From the NCBI GenBank assembly GCA_012295275.1, contig CM022666.1, positions 2,852,001 through 2,916,000 on the forward strand: 64,000 bases of DNA, read 5' to 3'. This document shows, one piece after another, positions 56,151 to 64,000 of the stretch. Every line of letters starts with the position of its first letter. Within the stretch, counting starts at the first letter, position 1. The translations under genes were made by a program, and so were the position numbers. Source of the DNA: Chrysomallon squamiferum (taxonomy: Eukaryota > Animalia > Mollusca). Under the pieces are notes generated by a model, which saw only the letters and a list, made by a program, of their open reading frames with translations, ran no database searches and was not told the DNA's origin.

Positions 56151-56759
56151 AGTTGTTTTTGAAAGACAGTTGGGTTTAAAAGAAACTAGTATGACATTGG
56201 CAACAAGAAAAAAAAAAATAAAATCCCTTTAAATAAAACACAACAGTAAAATACAAGTTGTTATGGGACCTAAATGCTTGTTACCAGACCTAATTGTTTC
56301 AAATCCACAATAACAGACCAATAACTCTTTCTTTTTTTTTTTTTTTTTTTCCTGTGTAATTTGAACATGAGGAAAAAAAAACCAAAACACCCAAAAACCC
56401 TCATAAAACAAACAGGATGTGTGTCCTAATCATTTGCATATCTTGACAAAAAAGGTATTAAAATAAAGAAATAAACCAAAACATTTCTGTATTTGTTTGT
56501 GGAAATGAAGAAAGTGAGTTTTAAAATAAACATATTGGATACTTTAATAATTAGTTTACTTCATTAAAAACACACACATTATATGTGTGTATGTGTGTAT
56601 ATATATATATATATATATTAAAAACTTTAATTATATCTATTGCTTTTTTAATAGTTGGGGGTAAAGATAAAATGTATATTTATTTTTATAAAAAATACAA
56701 TATATTAGTATATATGAAAATGATTAAATTATAATTTTTTTTATTTTTTTTTTTTTTTT

Positions 56760-57330
56760 CAGACTAATATATAAATAGATTTTAAAACAATTAATTGCCT
56801 ATTTCACAATATAAATGTCATTATGATGAAAGGTGCCTAATGGATGAAAAAAACATTATGTGTAAATAAAATTATTGCCATTACAAAAATTTATGTGCCA
56901 GTTATCAAATAATTTGTTTTGGCAGATTAATAAATATATTTTTGAAAATAATAAATAGAAAATTAATCAGTTACCATTTTAGCCAAAAAAAAAAAAAAAA
57001 AAAAAAAATGACATTTTTATTTTAGTTATCAGTTGGATAGGGAATTTAGTGGGTGTAAAATAAAAATATATCGAATAATAAAAATTAATGTGCTTGCCAA
57101 TTACAAAATAATTTAGCTCATTTAGTAACATATTTTTATAACATTAATTAATTGCCCATTCTACAAAATAAATGTCAGTTTGATAAATACATTTAATCAT
57201 TTAATAATTTGTATTTGTTTTCCGTTAATAAAAAATATATATTTTTTTAAAATTAATTAATTACCTATTTTACAATATGTACATTTTGGTGATAAAAATA
57301 TATTCAGTATTTATTAATATGCAAACCAAT
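56760..57330. repeat. Degenerate AT-rich tandem repeat
   Basis: ATTAATT(G/A)CC.ATT..ACAA.ATA.ATGTCA recurs at about 56790, 57145 and 57255, with partial copies between. Confidence 0.55.
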
Positions 57331-60300
57331 GATTTAATCACTTGTGTTGTGTTTTGGCCAATAAAAAATTTTTTTTTTAAAAATAATCATACTATTAAAA
57401 ATTTGTTTCACTGGCTTTTGTAAAGAGAATTGAGGATGTAATTTTATCCAGTTGAGTCATATTGATATTTAATCCTTTTTACTTACAATTTATTAGATTC
57501 ATTAAAAAAATAATAATAATAAATAAATAAAATAAAATAAAATATATAAAGAAAGAAAGAATAAAGTGAAAAAAAAATAAAGAAAAAAAAGGAAGAAAAA
57601 AAGAAAGAAATATATTAAAAATAACAAAAAAAAAAAATAAAATAAAAATAAAATACATTTTCGGTGTAATGTAATCCATTTACATTTTTACTAAATGCAT
57701 GAAAATATTATTATAAAAAGTTTTAATTTGTTTCTTAGTAATGTTTTTAAAAATGAAGAAGTTGTAGTTTTTTTTATAATTTTTTTAAATTACATTTTAC
57801 ATAAAAAAAATAGTTATAAACATCCCATTCAAAATATAATAGTATTAAAATAAAATAAAAAAATAAAGAAAGAAAGAAATATGTCAAAATAAACATTTTA
57901 CACAAAAATTAATTAATTACAAATAAAATCAATATTATTATAAAAAAAACAACAACAAAAAAAACCACCAAAAAACAAAAAATAAACCAATAATTTTTTA
58001 AAAATAAAAACAATAACACAAAAATATATTCTTCCTTATATATTACTTAATTTTTTTCCAAATTCTCACTACAACATTTTTCTCAATCTAAAAAAACAAC
58101 AAAATAGACCCCCCAAAAATTACAAACCTTGCCTGTACATTCCCTTCTTTTTTCTTAATTATAATAAAAAAAAAAAAAATTATTAAAATTAAAAAAAAAA
58201 AAAAAAAAAAAAATTAACAAAAATGAAGAGACAGATCACTCTGACCTTGAGACAAAGAACGAGAGAAAAGACATTAACGGAAAGAAGAATGGAACTGGAA
58301 GACGAAACAAAAAGGGTTGTGTGAGATTATGAAAAGACCTGGGTACTCTAGGCCCATGAATCAAAATTATCGATTGGTTATTTTTTGTGTTTTTTTCGTA
58401 TTTTTTTCCAGGACACGTTATTCCGAGAAGCTCCAACTAATTGTTGGACCACGTGTAACTGTTGGAAAAAGACGTAACCCTTCGAGTTAAAGTGCATGTC
58501 ACGGTGACCTGCGAATAATGAAATGCTAGTGAACCAACATCCTACGAGGAAAACATTTTTCTCTCTGCCCGTTTCCTAGAATAAAGATTTCAAGATCAAT
58601 AAAGTTTTAGAACGATACTCTTTAACCTGTTTGGAGAGAGAAACGACACCATCTGTGTTAATAAATTTAATAAATTAAAAATAAAAAAAAAAAAAAAATA
58701 GAAAAATAAAAAAATAAAATGTAATGGTTTTTTTAGAATGACAAAGGAAAAATACAGAAGATTAAAAATAAAAAATTGAATTAATTGTTGAGAAAATGTT
58801 TAAATTTAATTTTTTTTTATATAAAAATGCAAAAATTAATGAAAAGGATGCTAAAATAAATATTATAATATTTAAAAGTAGAAATTTTAATAAATTATCT
58901 TTATTTAAAAAAATGATTAATAAATGAAATGAAGAATTTGAATTTTTAAAGGTTTAAATTTAATTAAAATTGATAATTAAACAGGAAATATGAATAAAAC
59001 AAAACATTTTTTTTTTTTTTATAAATATTATTAAACATAGACTAATAAAAATCTAAAAAATTTTCTTTTTTTAAATGTCCAATAACAGATTAAATGTTTA
59101 ATTTTGGAAAATTAATCTTTTTTATTTCAGTTTTATTAATTTCACCTGGGAGTAGAAAAAAGTAAAAAAGAAATACACAAACACATATTTATTTATAATA
59201 AACAAAGAAACAAACAAACAGATAGTCAAACAGAGACACAGACAGACAGATAGACAAAATGATATAAATATATTCATTTTTAAAATACTTCATGTAGTTA
59301 TTAATTTACTCTGAGTTGAAATACTTTGATATTTTTGATTATCGTAACAAATATTAATTATTTATGAATAAGTTTAATATTTTTATGAAAAATAATTATG
59401 CATAAATAATTAAAATCAGTTAATTTCTGAACAGCACTCATAATGAAAACAACAATTTGCAAGTCATCTAATAGAGCTGTCTATTTTTCTTTTGGTAATA
59501 AATTTGTGATTTTTTTTTTCTGTTACTCATCCTTTCTTTCTATTTTCATTTTATTTTCTGGCAAAATAGGCTTCATATATTTTTTTCAATATCCTAGAGT
59601 TACTTTCAGATTTAAATTTTTTTTTTTTCCCCTTTGTAATGATTCATTTTATAAAATGTTCTTCTTAATATTATTACTTCTACTGGAGTCATTTCTGTTT
59701 CCATGTTTTTTTTTCAAAAAAAATAAAAATTTCTTTTATTTTTTTTTTTTCAATTTTCTAATAAAATATGTTATTGCTACTCCAGTTTGTCAAAATTGTG
59801 AATTATGTTTCATTTTATTAAAATTTCTAATAAAAATTTAAAATATTTAGAATTTTTTTTTTTTTTTTAAAAATTGGAAAAGAACAAAAATCTTTTAATC
59901 TTTTTTACTGATTTTAAATTATTTTAATTTTTATCATAAAAATAATAATTAAAGCATGTTAAACTGGACAGATATAAACGCAAGTTCTTTAACCATATCT
60001 CCTTTACAAACCTGTATTGTAATGAAAGTTTAAAAGAAAAAAAAAATAATAATAAAAAAATTAAAATGGCAGAATTATTGATTTACTGACCATGGTGAAC
60101 CATTTTGCACTCAAACACAATAACTGCATCTGATTCTGCATTTTAATACCATCTTCAGAAAACATTAGCAAACATCAGCTTGAAATCCATTTTATTTTTA
60201 TTTAAAATAACTGGATTTAAAAAAAAATTAAACGGAAAAAAAAAGAAAAAAAACAATTTCAAATTTGTGCTTCCCAATTGAAACTTTGTGATATTTTCTC

Positions 60301-60840
60301 TTTCATTATTATTATATTTTTTTAAAAATATAATTTTTTTTTTTTTTTAGATTAAGTATCTATTGGTTGCTTGAAGCATTGGCTATTTTATTTGATTATC
60401 AACTGAAGGATGTGTTTAATCAAGTCATTCAGACAATGTATGACATCTTTTTGTGCCATAAATAAGTTTAATTTCTTTTTTAATTTAAGATCATAAACTA
60501 AAAGGCACGATTTTAATTTTTTTTTGTTTTAAACTGTAACAATAAAAACAATTGTTGGAATATTTAAAAAAAAAAAAAAAAAATTGTTAATAAAATTCTA
60601 AAGAATTCTTTGAAGAAGTTAAATTTGAAATTTGAAATAATTTTTTGTTTGTTTTGTATGACACATCTGAATTTATCATTAATTTGTCTTCCATGCTGGG
60701 TTCAAACCTGAATGTTCTGCCAAGTACCTATTTGTATTACTAGTATAATAACTATAAATAGTTATTAATATTGCTAACATTATTAATCCTTTTGCTAATC
60801 CTGCTGTTATTGCAACTGTTTTTATCACAGCTACTATTAC

Positions 60841-60890
<50 letters not shown>

Positions 60891-61316
60891 CTTGTTATCA
60901 TCATCATCATCATTATTATCATTATCAACATAATTATTATTTTTTTAAATTATTTTTTTTTTAAAAACCCATAATTTTTTATTAAAAAAAACCTGTAACT
61001 AATTTAATTTTTAAACACCACTTCAAATCAGTAAAAGGTTTAATTCTAAAAAAAAAAAAAGTCTTTTCTCAATGCCTCTTATAGAAATAGCATTTTTTTT
61101 AAAATTATTATTTATTTATATTCTTATATGGATGTAATCTGATTAAATTCATTTCATTTCTGATTATTTTTACATGCGTGTATTTTTATTTTTTGTATTT
61201 GTATAATCTATAGACAACAAAATTGGGGAATGGCGCCATTAATAAGGTATCAGACAAAATTAATTTTTATTTGGATATGGAAAGGATTTAAAAAAAAAAT
61301 TAAGAAATGAAATGCC

Positions 61317-61333
61317 AATGATGATGATGATGA

Positions 61334-61401
<68 letters not shown>
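61317..61401. repeat. Compound trinucleotide microsatellite (GAT)n(ACT)n(AAT)n
   Basis: Read directly. Confidence 0.95.
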
Positions 61402-61407
<6 letters not shown>

Positions 61408-61981
61408 TACATACATAAATTAATATGTATGTACTCAATAATATAAATAAATACATAAATAACAAAATGAAAAATTCACTAGTCTTTGTAAATTAACTTG
61501 ATGAAAACGCAGGTAATTTATATGAAATCAATTATTAATATGTGTGACAGAAACCATGTATATGTAAAAAAAATAATAATAATAATAAAACATTTTTTTA
61601 AAAATATTAATAAATAAATAAATAAATAAATAAATAAATTAATTAAAAAGCAATAAAATAAAATAAACAAAACAAAGAGAAGAAATGATTCATAATCTGT
61701 ACTAAAATTTTGTATAGCAAATATATAGTTAAATATCAAATATATAGTTAAAAATAAAAGAATATTAAAATAAAATAAAATATAATAAAATAAAATGAAA
61801 TGAAATAAACTAAAATAAAGAAAAACTTAAGGAATAAATTATCCACAATAAAATATATTTTAGCCCTTATAGAAAAAAAAAATTAAGAAATTAAAAAAAA
61901 TTAAATTAAAAAAAAAAAAAAAAAAAAAAATACTCTCTCCAAAAACTTAAAATATTTCAACTCACTTAAAAGAAACTACAA

Positions 61982-62012
<31 letters not shown>

Positions 62013-62299
62013 AACCATTTTTTTTTTTTTTTCAAAAAACGAAACTAAAGATTAGAAATATAACGTCAAGAACACTTTTCACTTTATTACGCATGAGCTG
62101 CCCTTTTTTTATGCATGAGATACAGAAGTTAGACACAGACATGTATTTAGAACTGAATGTATTTAATGTGGCATACACGTCATAATCCACTTGCATGAGA
62201 GTGGAAATCCCTGGGATTGAGATACACAGTTTTGCTTATCGTTCGTGGAAGTTGCTTACAAAAACTAATGACTTCTTTGTCCGAATGTGGCGGTAGGTT

Positions 62300-62775
62300 T
62301 GATCGGAATCGTTCAACCGTGACCAACAGCCAGTTTCTGTGACAAACGAGGTAGAATATGGAAATGCTGTAAACAGTTTATAAAAATGTTTATAAAAAAA
62401 AAAAAAAAAAAAAATTTTAAAAATAAAAAAAAAAAAGAAATGAATAGAAAAAGAAGTTGTTGTTGTAGTTGTTGTTGTTGTTGGATGTTATCAGTAGAGT
62501 TACCATCATTGGGGTTTGAACCGGTTACCTGTTATTTGTCATATTCTAAAGAAGTAATATGGAAATACTGAAAACAGTTTAAAAATTGTAAAAAAAAAAA
62601 AAAAAAAAAAAAAAATTAAAATAATAATAATAATAATAATAAATAAAAATAAAAATGATCTTGCTATTTGTCATTATCAAATGACATATCACTGTGGTTT
62701 TGAACCTGTAATCCTTCATTCTTCATATACTAAAGACAGGGAATAAAAGTGATGGTTAAATGATAAACTGTTGCT
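62300..62775 (-). repeat. ~190-bp degenerate duplication carrying Pol III B-box-like motifs
   Basis: TTTGAACC.GT.A..CCT...TCATAT.CTAAAGA occurs at about 62515 and 62699, and AATATGGAAAT.CTG.AAACAGTTT at about 62355 and 62556. The minus strand reads GGTTCAAACCCC and GGTTCAAAACC. Confidence 0.6.
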
Positions 62776-63217
62776 TAAAGGAGTCACTGAAAGAGAAGAT
62801 AATGTCTGTTTTGGATATATCAGTTGAGAAATTGAAATATACCCATAACAAATATGCTTGGACCCTCTCTGAACTAAGTTTGTGTGAAATTGTTAGTCAA
62901 CAGATAGGTTAACTAGTAATTTTCATGAATTTATCCTCTGTTTATTCAGAAGAAAGGACATAATAGTTAGGCCAATTCATACAGTCAAACCTGTGTTTTA
63001 CAGTCACCATCAAAATAAACCCTGTGTCAATCAAATAACAAACAAAAGAATTTTTGTACATATATCGGAAATTATTTTAAAAACTAATATTTAAATAAAT
63101 ATTTTATTAAATTCATGAATTTTATAAAATTCACATATTAGTTTATAAAAAAAAAAATAAAAATAAAATAAAATAAAATTTAAAAAAAAACGAGGTAAAA
63201 AAAAAAAAGTCTTATAT

Positions 63218-63272
63218 ACCACGGTCGAGATTTGAACCCCCTACCTAACCACTCTTCACCACCATCAGCCTA
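63218..63272 (-). mobile_element. Possible tRNA-derived SINE relic
   Basis: The minus strand has TGGTGAAGAGTGG (A-box-like) followed by GGTTCAAATCTC (B-box-like), then a T-rich tract. The box spacing is too short for an intact element. Confidence 0.3.
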
Positions 63273-64000
63273 CTTTTAAGTATCAAAACAAACAACACTT
63301 TCGCCTGGAACAGATATGTCACAATTACTAATCTTGAAGACAGAAAATTTATCAAAAGATTTACGGGGCATCCAGCCAAGACAGAAAAATATTTTGAATG
63401 TTTTTCCCCCAGCTGGTGTGTTGGTCAATATCCTGCATCGACCTCTGACCTCGGATGACTTGTTGGGCTTTGTGCTGGTCACAGATGGCGAGAGAATCAA
63501 TCGGATAAAACCCAGTGAGTTTGTAAGAAAACGATTGTTTCGGGGTGGCCACACCTTGCCATGTAATTTGCTGTTTATATTCACGGCATAACTTCACCCA
63601 CTCGAACTGAACACAGATTGTGCTATTAGTGGCAATAAATGTCAAAAGCTGTCAGCTGTCCTGATGTCGTTTTGTGATGTATCACCATATTTTTAACCCT
63701 TTTTGCTGGCTTAGTTAGATATGCTGCTGCTGCTGTTGCTGTTGCTGACCAAATACTGACTTCTGTTTAATCTTCGGCGTTGTGGATTACGGATTTGCAG
63801 TGTAGAATTCATTTTACGATTTGCATAAAATGAATTTCAATGGGGGCTTTCTGCTATTGAGAAACACTCATTTATAGAGGTAACAAGGTGTGAATTATGT
63901 TTCGAGTTGCAAGTTAAACAACCACACTCGAAAAGCTTAGTACCAGCATACTGGGGTATTAGATCAATTTGTTCATTCGTTAAATTCAAATAACACTAGA

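Noticed and set aside
48798-58498. Identical 13-mer GTTAAAGTGCATG at 48798 and 58486
   Set aside because: Shared 13-mers are expected by chance in 64 kb, and the similarity does not extend.

Overview
This is animal-type, very AT-rich, almost entirely non-coding DNA, saturated with microsatellites ((CA)n, (GA)n, (AAT)n, (TATG)n, (TATC)n, A-runs) and locally born minisatellites. It looks invertebrate, possibly mollusc-like, but that is only an impression. None of the supplied ORFs resembles a protein I recognise; most are translated simple repeats. The best-supported gene signal is a minus-strand first exon: a CpG-rich promoter with TATA/CCAAT motifs near 44.5 kb, about 540 nt of ATG-free leader, a strong Kozak start (GCCAGCCATGG), 8 coding nt (ATG GAT AT) and a GTAAGT donor at 43935. 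Most of 1-43.9 kb is therefore probably intron of a large gene I cannot name. Weaker candidate alternative or UTR exons lie on the same strand, plus one candidate antisense first exon at 13.2 kb. The most unusual structures are a 72-bp minisatellite whose unit aligns with the 3' half of a tRNA, and a ~1.5-kb array of piggyBac-end-like GGGTTAA motifs all in one orientation. I found no rRNA, intact tRNA, CRISPR array or transposase. All of this was read by eye, so the boundaries and copy numbers of degenerate repeats are approximate.
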